From contig NIVC01000099.1 of assembly GCA_002269645.1 (NCBI GenBank), positions 558,001 through 622,000 on the forward strand: a stretch of DNA of 64,000 bases, given 5' to 3'. This stretch comes from Macrostomum lignano. Its lineage: Eukaryota. The notes under the pieces were generated by a model, which saw only the letters and a program-made list of their open reading frames with translations, did no database searches and was not told the DNA's origin. Every line of letters begins with the position of its first letter. Position 1 is the stretch's first letter. A program made the position numbers and the translations under genes. Below, piece after piece: positions 13,786 to 26,500 of this stretch.

Positions 13786-14399
13786 TCCTATATACTAAAA
13801 ATGGTCTGTCTGTGTCTATGTGATCGATTAGAGAAAAAATGGCTGGACCGATTTTGTTCGAACTTGCACTGTTCGATCAGAAATTTTCCCGTGACGGTAC
13901 ATGCATCGTGGCTAAGAAATTGCTCGATGCTAAAGGCATTAAATATTCGAAAAACATGCTTTTTTGCAAAGGTCAAGCAAACTTTTCGACTTGAAATGCA
14001 TTGTAAGAATGCTAGAGAAAAAACTGACTGGTTGAATTCTGATTCTGAAATAGATTGCATCATAACTGAATTGTAACTCCGACTTGAATTGAAAATGCAG
14101 TGTGGAAGCGTAGCACCAGACTTGATTTAGATTGCGTAACCATATTGTTAACTGATACTGACTGACTGAGAAACTGATTATGTCATAACTGCTTCGTGTG
14201 ATTTACTCTATGCTTGGATTTTAAAGTGTTGAATTATATAAGTGCAAAATTTGATGTTATCAAAACGATGAGAGCTAGCCTAGAGGTGAACAAACTGAAC
14301 TGTTAAATGCAGCGACGATGGTTCGAATTTTCATAGAGTATAATTTTTTAATTAAAGCTTTTCAACGTCAGGAAAACTAAAAGACTTTTTAAAAAGAAT

Positions 14400-15175
14400 C
14401 GTCATGTAAAAATCATAGAAGCGTCATGTAAAAAATCATAGAAGCGTCATGTAAACAATCATAGAAGCGTCATGTAAAAAATCATAGAAGCGTCATGTAA
14501 ACAATCATAGAAGCGTCATGTAAAAAATCATAGAAGCGTCATGTAAACAATCATAGAAGCGTCATTTAAACAATCATAGAAGCGTCATGTAAACAATCAT
14601 AGAAGCGTCATGTAAACAATCATAGAAGCGTCATATAAAAATCATAGAAGCGTCATGTAAACAATCATAGAAGCGTCATGTAAACAATCATAGAAGCGTC
14701 ATGTAAACAATCATAGAAGCGTCATGTAAACAATCATAGAAGCGTCATGTAAAAAATCATGGAAGCGTCATGTAAACAATCATAGAAGCGTCATGTAAAC
14801 AATCATAGAAGCGTCATGTAAACAATCATAGAAGCGTCATGTAAACAATCATAGAAGCGTCATGTAAAAATCATAAAAGCGTCATGTAAAAATCATTGAA
14901 GCGTCCTGCAGAAATCGTAGAAGCGTCATGAAATAATCATAGAAGCGTCATGTAAAAAGCATAGAAGCGTCATGTAAACAATCATAGAAGCGTCATGTAA
15001 ACAATCATAGAAGCGTCATGTAAACAATCATGGAAGCGTTATGTAAAAAAATCATAGAAGCGTCATGTAAAAAGCATAGAAGCGTCATATAAACAATCAT
15101 AGAAGCGTCATATAAAAAATCATAGAAGTGTCATGTAAAAATCATAGAAGCGTCATGAAAAAATCATAGGAGCCT
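14400..15175 (+). repeat. 23-bp minisatellite B (AATCATAGAAGCGTCATGTAAAC); also about 5405-5900
   Basis: Direct reading; period 23. Confidence 0.92.
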
Positions 15176-16089
15176 CATTTAAAAACTAATGAAAGTGTCA
15201 TTTAAAAAATTAAGAAGCATCATGGTAGAATAAAAGAAGCGTCATGTCAGACATGAAGGGTGTCATGTAAAAATTAAATGCAGCTATAATGCTGTGCTGG
15301 GGAGAAAAACTGAGACGTAAAGGCTCTCAGAGAATAACTGAGATTACGGGGGGGGGGGTTCTGAGATGTCAAAGCAAAAGTCAGAAGCTACTTCAAAGTT
15401 CATGTACTTTACTCAATTTTTTTATTGCATTATTTGTTGGCTCGCCACGGATGGGGCGCTGATAGAAGAAGAGTCATGTAAAAAATAAAAGTAGCACTAC
15501 GTATACATAAAAGAAAAGTCATGTCGAAGTTAAAAGATTCATTTGGGAATTGCTACGATGTCAAAGCTTGGTGGAAATCGTTATAGTGCTGTGATTCTTA
15601 AAGAAGGAATCACTAAAATGTCAAGGCTTAGGGGAGAAGAATTGCTGAGATTTCAAGGCTTTAGGTTGGGTTAAAGTTAGGTTTAGGTCAGGTGTGGGTT
15701 GAGGGTTATATTTTATCGGATTTCAAGGTTAACAGAATAACAGGGGATTTTTTAGATTTCAAGGTTTATGGGGGCCATCGCTGACATGTTAAGACTTACG
15801 GGGGGAATATCTGAGATGTCAAGGTTCACGGGGGTATAAATGAGATTTCAAGGCTAAAGTCAGAAGCTACATGTAGTTTATTGAAAACTTTTTATTACAT
15901 TATTTGATGCCTCCTCTGGGGAGGGATCGCTGATAAAAAAAGCGTAATGTAAAAAATAAAATAAGCTTCATGTCGAAGTTAAGAGATTCATTTGGGAATC
16001 TCTACGATGTCGAGGCTTGCAGGGAATCGCTATAATGCTGTAGTAGTGCTATAATGACTCTTAGAGAGAATTACTGAAATTTCAATGCT

Positions 16090-16157
16090 TTAGGGTTAGG
16101 TTAGGGTTAGGGTTAGGGTTAGGGTTAGGGTTAGGGTTAGGCTAGGGTTAGGGTTAG
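16090..16157 (+). repeat. Interstitial telomere-like (TTAGGG)n tract in the second unit B
   Basis: Same position in the unit as 6772-6832, with a longer perfect run. Confidence 0.88.
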
Positions 16158-17167
16158 AAGGTTGACAGATATTTTTAGATTTCCAAGGCTTATTTGGGGC
16201 ATTGCTGAGATGTCAAGGGGGGAAGTTGATATGTTAAAGCTTGTGGGGGGGGAATTACTGACATGTCAAGGCTTACAAGGTTTGACAGGAGATTTTTTAA
16301 GATTTCAAGGATACATGTAGTTTATTAAAAAAACGTGTATTGCATTTCTTTGGCTCCCCAACGGGGGGCGTAGATTGCTAGTAACTGCTAAAAATGAGAG
16401 ACCTACGGTGTCAATGGGATCCTTGAGATCAAACTTAGTGTCAGATTTATCCATATAAACTGACAACTAATCGTATCCTTCCCTATCTCTTCTATCATTC
16501 CATGTAACTTTTTGCGTGTGGTGGCCCCCAATTGGGCCGTTTTATTTTGTTCTAGTGTGTGCACAATCTATTTAGAGCGGTTCGTATATTAGTTGCAAGA
16601 TCGATATCTCAAGCCTCTACGAGGGCGAGGCGCACGAAGAGGCCCAGTTCTTTTAATTTCAAATATACGAGCTAGCCTGGATCTCGCCTCGGTTTATACT
16701 ATCCCTTCCGACTTTTACGACCGTTTTAATAATTTGTATTACAGATTTAAACGCAGTCAACAGATAAGACCGTCTGTTGCTAAATTTAGCATTAAGAGTT
16801 AGCTCATTCTTAGTTAATTCTTCCCACTGGCAATTGAACACTTGGTGCTTTTAACTATCTAAGTTTGCTTTTAATATTCTAAGCCTCTTAACGAAGTAAG
16901 AACGCAATCACATTTGCTTTTCGCATCTATCCTAATTTTTGTCTGAGGTAGGATTCTTGACTTGTGCCGATCTGACATTTCTGGTACAGCCAAGGGTACA
17001 TTGAGTGTGTAGCACTATGTTGTTATTAAAACTGCATGAAATGACGAAAGATGCTTAGCGGTAGTATTTAATAGATAAAGAATCCTTCAATCTTTGTTCA
17101 ATCTCAGGGTGCAAAATTGTGTTAATGAAGGCAATCTCAAGAAGTCACGACCTCGTTGATTCTTTAG

Positions 17168-17517
17168 GTCCGGCTCAGCTCGACAAACTCAGCCAGTCGC
17201 CAGCCGGTCTCGGCCGCTACATGCCGGCAGCCTGGGCCATCCCCAAGTCCACAGTAGCGAACCAGGGCCAGAACTCCCTGATGCTGACTGCCACAGCCTC
17301 TGGGCCCTTCATCCAGGGTGCTTACCTGACAGAGATGCCCGTGTGGATCTACTTTCCATTCGACTTCAACGTCACCGGCTTTCTGGTCTATGGCAACATG
17401 TCTCGTTCGACTAGTCCGGCAGGACGGGTGACCAGCTTCAAGGCGGGCTACTCAACCACGAAGTCCTACCTGACCTCAGGCTCCACCGTGTACATCATGG
17501 GAGGATCCGGCTCGCCT
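17168..17517 (+). CDS. Exon, F5/8 type C (discoidin)-like domain
   Basis: tttag acceptor and gtgagt donor; reads VWIYFPFDFNVTGFLVYG...VTSFKAGYS; in frame with 18458-18611 (CVLQLDLVGYP). Confidence 0.75.
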
Positions 17518-20500
17518 GTGAGTAAAAGTTTCTAGTCGGCCACAAGCTAGGAACTTACTTATGATTAATAATTTCTTACCCTCAGCCTTCCACTAATTAT
17601 AATCTTCCTCAGACAAACATATTAGCGATTAGATTTTGAATAAATGAGTGATACATGTAGCTCTGTATAAATATATTTAGTAGTTGCAAGCAAGCTTAAA
17701 CAAAACAAGCAAGCAATATTGAATAATAGATGATAAATCATCGCGTTTTAATAACCCCCACGCAACCCCTTCAAAATGTCCACATCAACGGAATGCGCCG
17801 TTCCCAGGCTCGCGATTCTCGCCGATTCCCCGATTCTGGCCGATTTAGTTGAACCCCCGCCTAACATAAGACATTTACAAAACGCTTTAAAGAGGAAGCA
17901 GACATTTCGGGTGGCCTGCCCTCACCATTTAAAATGCCGTCATCAAGCACTTGTGGCTTTTTGTTTTGTAAGAGTAGTACAGTTGTCCAAAACTGCTACT
18001 CACCTCTCACTGAACTTTTGAGAGGATCGATGAGAGGATCGACTGTAGGGGTGAAGCAGCTCCACGACCCCTGGTTGGGTTCCGTTCGCAGCTACAATAA
18101 TTTAATTGGGGCTTGTGCACGAAAATTAGCCGGGGGTCGTCGTGCGATGCAAAACTATGAGAGCCGACCCCCAAGGCACAGAGTCGACATGCCAGACATA
18201 CTAGACATACTAGACTACTAGACATACTAGACATACTAGACATACTAGACATACTAGACATACTAGACATACTAGACATACTAGACATACTAGACATACT
18301 AGACATACTAGGTAGCAGACACCATGTGCTAACATAAGCTAGCAAATATAGCTAAGCCAGTTGGCATATAATAGAGAACATCACTTGAGAAGTTTTTCTG
18401 CCATTTCAAGTCAGTTATTATGCTACAAAGGTTTTACATTTGCATGCTTTCTTTCAGAAAACCTTTTCTGTTTTCTACGCCGATGCCAGCACTCCAAGTT
18501 TTGTGCCCTTGGAAGTGTCCATGGTAACCCAGCTGGCGCTCTTCGAAGTTGCGACATGCCAGACGGCCTGCGTCCTGCAGCTGGATTTGGTCGGGTATCC
18601 GAGTACTACAGGTAATGCTTTTGCTACCGGAAAGTTTGCTACAGCTTTTCAGAACAAAATTTTATGACTGCATCTAGAAATCATTTTTGTGTGATTAAAT
18701 CACTCACAGCCTGCCCCGGCATCCCGACTGCTGAGTACACTTCGTCGATTACCAAGACCGCCCAGGAGACGCTGGTGACGCTGAACTTCACTCGAATTTA
18801 CTACCTGACCAGCTTCGTACTGCGAGGTCTATCGGCTGAGCCAAACTTCTGGCTATCCTATCAGAAAGTGCTCGGAGAGCCAGCCGAGAATCTGACTCAC
18901 GCTTGGAACTCCAGCCTCTATCTGGTATGTTTCTGCTGCATTTTCCTAAAGATTGGGGCTTCGAAAGATTTGATGGTGGGGCTGAATAAGCGCGCGTGAC
19001 ATTAGAGCGCATGTGTCTCTTTTTGCTAGTTGGTACAGAAGCGCGCACTGGCATAAGCGCGCAGGCAATTTTACGGGTGAAACAGAAGCGCATGATGGAC
19101 CGATAAACGCGGGACAGTGCAGGTCTGCGCTGCTCCCGACAGGCCGACCGGCACTGACCCCAGAACCTCGACAGCACTGGCGATCTCAACCTCAGGCAAC
19201 AAAGGTGGGGCCAGAAGCTTCAGCAGCCACTGTGTTACTCTCTGGTCCAAAGGACTGCGGCTGATGAACGGCTGAAGACCACTGCATGTCAGACCACTGC
19301 ATGTCAGACCACTGCATGTCAGACCACTGCATGTCAGACCACTGCATGTCAGACCACTGCATGTCAGACCACTGCATGTCAGACCACTGCATGTCAGACC
19401 ACTGCATGTCAGACCACTGCATGTCAGACCACTGCATGTCAGACCACTGCATGTCAGACCACTGCATGTCAGACCACTGCATGTCAGACCACTGCATGTC
19501 AGACCACTGCATGTCAGACCACTGCATGTCAGACCACTGCATGTCAGACCACTGCATGTCAGACCACTGCATGTCAGACCACTGCATGTCAGACCACTGC
19601 ATGTCAGACCACTGCATGTCAGACCACTGCATGTCAGACCACTGCATGTCAGACCACTGCATGTCAGACCACTGCATGTCAGACCACTGCATGTCAGACC
19701 ACTGCATGTCAGACCACTGCATGTCAGACCACTGCATGTCAGACCACTGCATGTCAGACCACTGCATGTCAGACCACTGCATGTCAGACCACTGCATGTC
19801 AGACCACTGCATGTCAGACCACTGCATGTCAGACCACTGCATGTCAGACCACTGCATGTCAGACCACTGCATGTCAGACCACTGCATGTCAGACCACTGC
19901 ATGTCAGACCACTGCATGTCAGACCACTGCATGTCAGACCACTGCATGTCAGACCACTGCATGTCAGACCACTGCATGTCAGACCACTGCATGTCAGACC
20001 ACTGCTGACGACAGCCTGGCAGAAGTAAAACCAGCAGCCTCGGGCTTCGGCATAACCCTGCCAGCCAAAAAGTGGCACACTCGACGCACCCTATTGTTAG
20101 AAGTCCCCAACCACCCAGCGCTAACTGCACTGACTTGATGGGAGAGCTGAAAAAAGCGGTTGCTTCTTATTCTAACTTTAAGCTGCAGTATTCAGATACG
20201 CGCTTGTGTCACTGACAGCTGTTTATAAATGCGCGCTTGTGTCACTGACAGCTGTTTAAAAAATGCGCGCTTGTGTCACTGACAGCTGTTTATGAATGCG
20301 CGCTTGTGTCACTGACAGCTGTTTATAAATGTGCGCTTGTGTCACTGACAGCTGTTTATAAATGCGCGCTTGTGTCACTGAGAGCTGTTTATAAATGTGC
20401 GCTTGTGTCACTGACAGCTGTTTATAAATGTGCGCTTGTGTCACTGACAGCTGTTTATAAATGCGCGCTTGTGTCACTGACAGCTGTTTATGAATGCGCG

Positions 20501-23500
20501 CTTGTGTCACTGACAGCTGTTTATGAATGCGCGCTTGTGTCACTGACAGCTGTTTATAAATGCGCGCTTGTGTCACTGACAGCTGTTTATAAATGCACGC
20601 TTTTGTCACTGACAGCTGTTTATGAATGCGCGCTTGTCTCACTGACAGCTGTTTATGAATGCGCGCTTGTGTCACTGACAGCTGTTTATAAATGCGCGCT
20701 TCTGTCACTGACAGCTGTTTATAAATGCGCGCTTGTGTCACTGAGAGCTGTTTATAAATGCGCGCTTGTGTCACTGACAGCTGTTTATAAATCCGTGCTT
20801 CTGTCACTGACAGCTGTTTATAAATGTGCGCTTGTGTCACTGACAGCTGTTTATAAATGCGCGCTTGTGTCACTGAGAGCTGTTTATAAATGTGCGCTTG
20901 TGTCACTGACAGCTGTTTATAAATGCGCGCTTGTGTCACTGACAGCTGTTTATAAATGCGCGCTTGTGTCACTGACAGCTGTTTATGAATGCGCGCTTGT
21001 GTCACTGACAGCTGTTTATGAATGCGCGCTTGTGTCACTGACAGCTGTTTATAAATGCGCGCTTGTGTCACTGACAGCTGTTCATAAATGCACGCTTGTG
21101 TCACTGACAGCTGTTTATAAATGTGCGCTTGTGTCACTGACAGCTGTTTATAAATGTGCGCTTGTGTCACTGACAGCTGTTTATAAATACGCGCCTATGT
21201 CATGCTTCCCGCATTATATACATGTACCAATATACAAAACTTCCCCTAAGAAATGCACTTCAGTTCGATGTTTCACATTGCAAATACGCACTTTGTTCCA
21301 GTTTCCCGTCACTTACGCGGACGAACGCTTTGTCGTGCCGTTTATTCTAACACCCGTGCAGCTACAGATCCACCTGTCTCCGACATCGGCCGTGACTGGA
21401 ATTGACAGTCTGACTGGCTGCGCCATAGAGAGTAAGTTCAGAATTGACATGCCCTTTTTGCTGGGAGAGTACTGTTGAGCTTGCATCAATTATCTTTGCC
21501 TTCACGTTGCTAGTGAAACAATTTAACCCATGTAGCGTAATTAATCCGGTAGAATCCTCATCTCTAAACTATTCGTTGGATTTTTAGCCAGAAGCTAATG
21601 TCGGATAGGCTGATTGGTGGTGATTCCTAGGCCGGGGTCTTGCAGCCTAGTTGATGCTGCAAGCACTCACTCAAATCATGCATTGGCGCAGCCATGCAGC
21701 AGCAAGTGCTCTGCCAGCCGTCGATGGCACTGAATGGGGTCAGACCAGTTGCAGTTACTTAATTGCAAACGTATGAGTTGGGCCAAAGGTGCAAATTAAA
21801 CCAGGGGAGATTCAGTCACACGATTCATGCTGGCTAACTTTTTGTTCCGCACCTTCTTAAACAAGAATAAAGTCGCCAGCTTCCGGACCGTCGAGATATT
21901 CAACGATTCTGCCAGAAGGTCGGATTTTTCCCATAAGCGCTAGCGTATTCATTACACCCATACGCCCCAGTGCAGCCTTGCGAAGCCTTCAAATTTCATC
22001 AGCACGTTGACCACATGTGTCTGCATCAGCTCTGACTTCGTTGTACACTGGCCTTCACCCAGGCGGAGCATATGGACATTCAACAGGTGGCACCAGGTTA
22101 CTATGGACAACCCTGACGCGAATTTCGCTAGTTTCGCCGATCAAGCCTCGACAGTGGACAAACCTCAACTGCTGGACATACTCAGCTAGTCTCTCAAGCA
22201 TTCCGTTATCACTCCGACGCCGTTAGCATCTTCAGACCCCCCCCCCCTCGGTAGTTCTACGGGCGGAAAAATGGCCTTGTATTCCTTCCTATGGTCTGTG
22301 CCATAAGCGGCTGGCAGAGCACCTGCTGCTGCAGATCTGCACCAATGCATGATTAACCTCTACCCTCGCCTCCCTCTACCGTCCCAGAAGTGATGAACGG
22401 ACCACACCTCGAAAGCAAGTAACTGATATGGACTGTAGAATCCACTGGTCATATGCTAGCCTACCTGCCAGAGTTTTTAACTCAGCTACCTCACTGTACT
22501 CGTATCTGGAAGCAGTCGCAGAGGCCCCAGATTTTTCCACCAATTAATCCAAATTACTGTTGAGCTTTAGAGCAGAGCAACCCGATGGTTTTGCATACTG
22601 TATCTCCTAGGATCTGACACTGTCTATCAGAACTGCACGATTGCACATCGCTAGACTAGTAAATAAGCAATCAGATCAATACACCTATTTTCAACTTGTT
22701 TTCAGCCTGCCCGCCTGGCTGGATGCGGGGACTGACAGGCTTTTGCTGGCACCGAGAGGAGTCAGAAGTCGCTTGGTCAGAAGCTGATCAGTTCTGTACG
22801 TCTGGCCTCGCTTGGGGAGGCTGGCGTGGTCGGCTGCTGCTTGGCAAGACGGTGGTGGAGAGAAACATTCTGATGAACGGGTGAGCAAACGGGTGAAGCT
22901 TCACCAGCTGATCTCTGCTATTTAAAATTAAAAATACAGGTTTATAACTAGCTCGTATTAATGTTGTTTACAAGAACTCCGGACGCTATATCTGAACGGA
23001 TTTCGTGCATCAGGTGCATTTATTCTACTTGGAGAATACTGTTAGAAGGCCTACAAATATCCATATTCACGCATCCACCAGCTAGCAAAATCCAAAGGCC
23101 CAGACACCCAACATTCAAGAAAATAAGGCTTATTAAATATCAAAAGATTTAAAATCTTGGTCTCTATACACACCGCTAGCTTGTGTCGTCAGAAATGATC
23201 CAAACGCAAACTTCCGTTTGCAAACGCAGGACGTACCTTGACTGAGATGCTGCCCAAAGTATATAATAACCAAATCACTGGTTTAGGTTTACGCTCGTTT
23301 ATAAACTTTGGTGCTGTTCAAACGCTTGGTGTCTTGGCATTGTTTCACAGTGCCTTAATAGAAATGCATTCACAGATCACAGTTCTCGACTTTTGGTAGC
23401 TAAAAGCTTATTCGCATCGCCATCAAATAAGGCCAAATTTTGATTGCTCACACGACTAACACTTTACAGAGTGGTGAGAGAGCCAAGTACAAAAGCTTGG

Positions 23501-26500
23501 CCTACAAGGGTCTTGAGAGTCATTCTGCAGCAAGACGGAAAAAGCAAACATGTTATATTGTTAGGGCGTAGTTGGCATTCGTACTGCAACATCACTCCTT
23601 CAAAATCGGCTTAAGATCATTAGTAAAAAAGCTTCGCACAATTTTTCCTTCTTCACTATAAAAGCGCTACCATTGAGTCCTCATTCGGCACATACCACGT
23701 CGGACTTCGGCGCAATTCAACGACAAACAAGTGGCTCTGGAGTGACGGCACACAGCCGGAGGCGGGCACCTACTACATGGCCAGGCCGCCGCCCGACTGC
23801 GCCGCCTTGGACAGCAGCAAAGCTGCAGTTGTCACCGTGCCCTGCACATCAAAGCTGCACTTCATCTGCCAGCTTGATATGTACATGGGTATGTGTTAAT
23901 GAGGCCCAGGGTAATGCAGCTCGGTTTTTTAATGAACCAAGAAAAGGAGCAAATTCCGTACTATCGTTATCTCGCATCAAACTTCAGTGCTTTGCTTTAA
24001 GCTTCTTTCAAAACTCCGACACTCATATATCCAACACTTCATATCTCCGACACTTCATATCTTCGACACTTCATATCTTCGACACTTCATATCTCCGACA
24101 CTTCATATCTCCGACACTTCATATCTCCGACACTTCATATCTTCGACACTTCATATCTCCGACACTTCATATCTCCGACACTTCATATCTCCGACACTTC
24201 ATATCTCCGACACTTCATATCTCCGACACTTCATATCTCCGACACTTCATATCTCCGACACTTCATATCTCCGACACTTCATATCTCCGACACTTCATAT
24301 CTCCGACACTTCATATCTTCGACACTTCATATCTCCGACACTTCATATCTCCGACACTTCATATCTCCGACACTTCATATCTCCGACACTTCATATCTCC
24401 GACACTTCATATCTCCGACACTTCATATCTCCGACACTTCATATCTCCGACACTTCATATCTCCGACACTTCATATCTCCGACACTTCATATCTCCGACA
24501 CTTCATATCTCCGACACTTCATATCTCCGACACTTCATATCTTCGACACTTCATATCTCCGACACTTTATATCTCCGACACTTCATATCTCCGACACTTC
24601 ATATCTCCGACACTTCATATCTCCGACACTTCATATCTCCGACACTTTATATCTCCGACACTTCATATCTCCGACACTTCATATCTCCGACACTTCATAT
24701 CTCCGACACTTCATATCTTCGACACTTCATATCTCCGACACTTTATATCTCCGACACTTCATATCTCCGACACTTCATATCTCCGACACTTCATATCTCC
24801 GACACTTTATATCTCCGACACTTCATATCTCCGACACTTCATATCTTCGACACTTCATATCTCCGACACTTCATATCTCCGACACTTCATATCTCCGACA
24901 CTTCATATCTGAAACACATCCTCTTAACAGCAAATAAAAGGTGTAAAGATATCGTGTTACACCATAACAAATTAACGGGCTTTCAGATCACGTGACCGAT
25001 ACGCATGAAGTACTAATGGCCAAGCGCCACTTTTGTGGAGTCGGGGTAGAGGATGACGCAATCGCCCTAACTGGCTACAGCAATCTGCTAAGGCTGCTCA
25101 CACTGGACAGTTTAGTCACTGACCAGATTGAAACCACCACCAAGAATTCAGCGGCCTACTCGACCACGACTTCCACTGGCAGCTGCGAGTCGCTATTGGA
25201 CGTCTACTTCACTACCTACTACGTGTTCCCAATCCGGAAAGGTACGAAATTAGGGTATAACGACGTGTATACGTTTCAACATTTCTCTAGATACTCGTAT
25301 GCACCGGTGTTTCTTGCGAGCCAAACTATTTAACAATGCAGGTTGCGCTCTGCCGCTGTTTAACCAGAAGGACAGCCAGCTTGAGGTCCGGTTCGATGCG
25401 TCCAGCAGCAACTATCGGAGGCACGCCAACTATTCTGTGGTGGGCGCTACCCTTGCCTATGAAGGTTAGAGATTTATTTATTGTACTATGCTTTTCCATA
25501 AAGAATCATTGTCCTTAAAATTCAAATACGAGCGTACGTCGTTCAAGCGACTTCCATGCAGATTTTTGCTAAGAACAAACTGATCTTTACAACCATATCG
25601 AGTCACTTTCCCTAGTTAGAAATTTTAAACTTTTAAAACAAGGTGTTTTCAAGGATACCTGCAACATAGGTTGGGATACATTATTTTCGAAAAAAATATG
25701 TCCCCTGTCTTACCCTGTCTTAGGGGGTGCAGGCGGCCCCACCGGCTAAGCCACACAAAACAGCGCAAAGAGCCAATCAAAACCCAGCACGGGGCAGGGC
25801 GCAGCCTACGTGTCACAACAGGGCCTGTCGCAGCCAACCAGAGCAGAGAACGAGGCAGGGTGCACGGCCGAGGGGCACATCAAAGCCCAGCAGTCATGCA
25901 TGCCAACTCCCCATCCAGCCAGACCCTAAGCTAAGTGAACCATGCCCTGACTGACCGACAAGAGCACAGGGACTACAATAACTTTGGCAAATCTAGTAAC
26001 TGTTCAAGCCAAATAGTCTATGACCTCAAGAAATCAAACTCCGTCAGTCCCAGAATCCATCCAAATGTGTGCTAGGATGTACACATTAGCACACATTACT
26101 GTTTCTAACCCGAAGTTGGAAATTACCCGAACGTAAAGGAGATAACTAACCGATGGAATCGCTTCGAATCAGCTAAAAATCTCTTGTATGCCCTCTTTTT
26201 CCTAATTGCAAATATACGATCGATACCGGATTGGTTCGTAACTGCATTAAATTAGTTGTAAGCAACCTGTTACATTCAAGATCACCTGAAGTGCACCGTC
26301 ACCGGTGATGATTACGAGTTTTACGACTACGGAGTAACGATGACCCAGTCCGGTCGAGCCTGTCAGGCCTGGACTGGAACCTACGCTGCGTACAATCGCT
26401 CCTGCATCACAGGTGGGCCAATTGTCATGAATTAACAAATCGCTCAATTTTTTATACACTTCTACTTTTTATTACTCGTGATAGAATGCTTGCTGTGATT

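Larger units (their letters stand above)
1..16381 (+). mobile_element. Head-to-tail tandem array of non-autonomous Helitron-like elements
   Basis: The 3' ends show a GC hairpin (CCCCC-ATC-GGGGG or CCCC-AAC-GGGG) about 10 nt before CTAG, at 4790-4793, 7055-7058, 10664-10667, 13782-13785 and 16378-16381. The 5' ends read TCC(T/A)ATATACTAAAAATG at 4794, 7075, 10668 and 13786. All units share a 5' region of about 450-550 bp. No RepHel ORF is present. Confidence 0.85.
13786..16381 (+). mobile_element. Helitron-like unit 5 (type B)
   Basis: TC start; hairpin + CTAG followed by T at 16382; colinear with 4794-7058. Confidence 0.8.

Noticed and set aside
16090-16157. Chromosome end or telomere-healing site
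   Set aside because: The tract is short, internal and at the same position in both B units.
16382-16400. TAACTGCTAAAAATGAG after the last CTAG resembles a Helitron 5' end
   Set aside because: Only 11 bp match, there is no TC start, and no downstream similarity to the shared 5' region.
19071-20130. Long ORFs (SGLTC)n, (WSDMQ)n and (MSDHC)n
   Set aside because: They are translations of a perfect 15-bp tandem repeat in an intron and have no domain content.
20256-21478. 304-aa and 401-aa repeat ORFs
   Set aside because: They are products of the 33-bp minisatellite; only 21302-21431 is a real exon.
22003-22226. Possible extra exon
   Set aside because: No recognisable domain in any frame, and exons 21431 and 22706 already join in phase.
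23673-24995. 440-aa and 316-aa HFISPTL-repeat ORFs
   Set aside because: They are products of the 16-bp minisatellite; the true lectin exon (23665-23888) uses another frame.
25700-25975. GC-rich block resembling retroelement termini (a similar block lies at 42800-42940)
   Set aside because: No TSD, terminal repeat or clear match to the Ngaro A/B repeats or the LTRs in this window.
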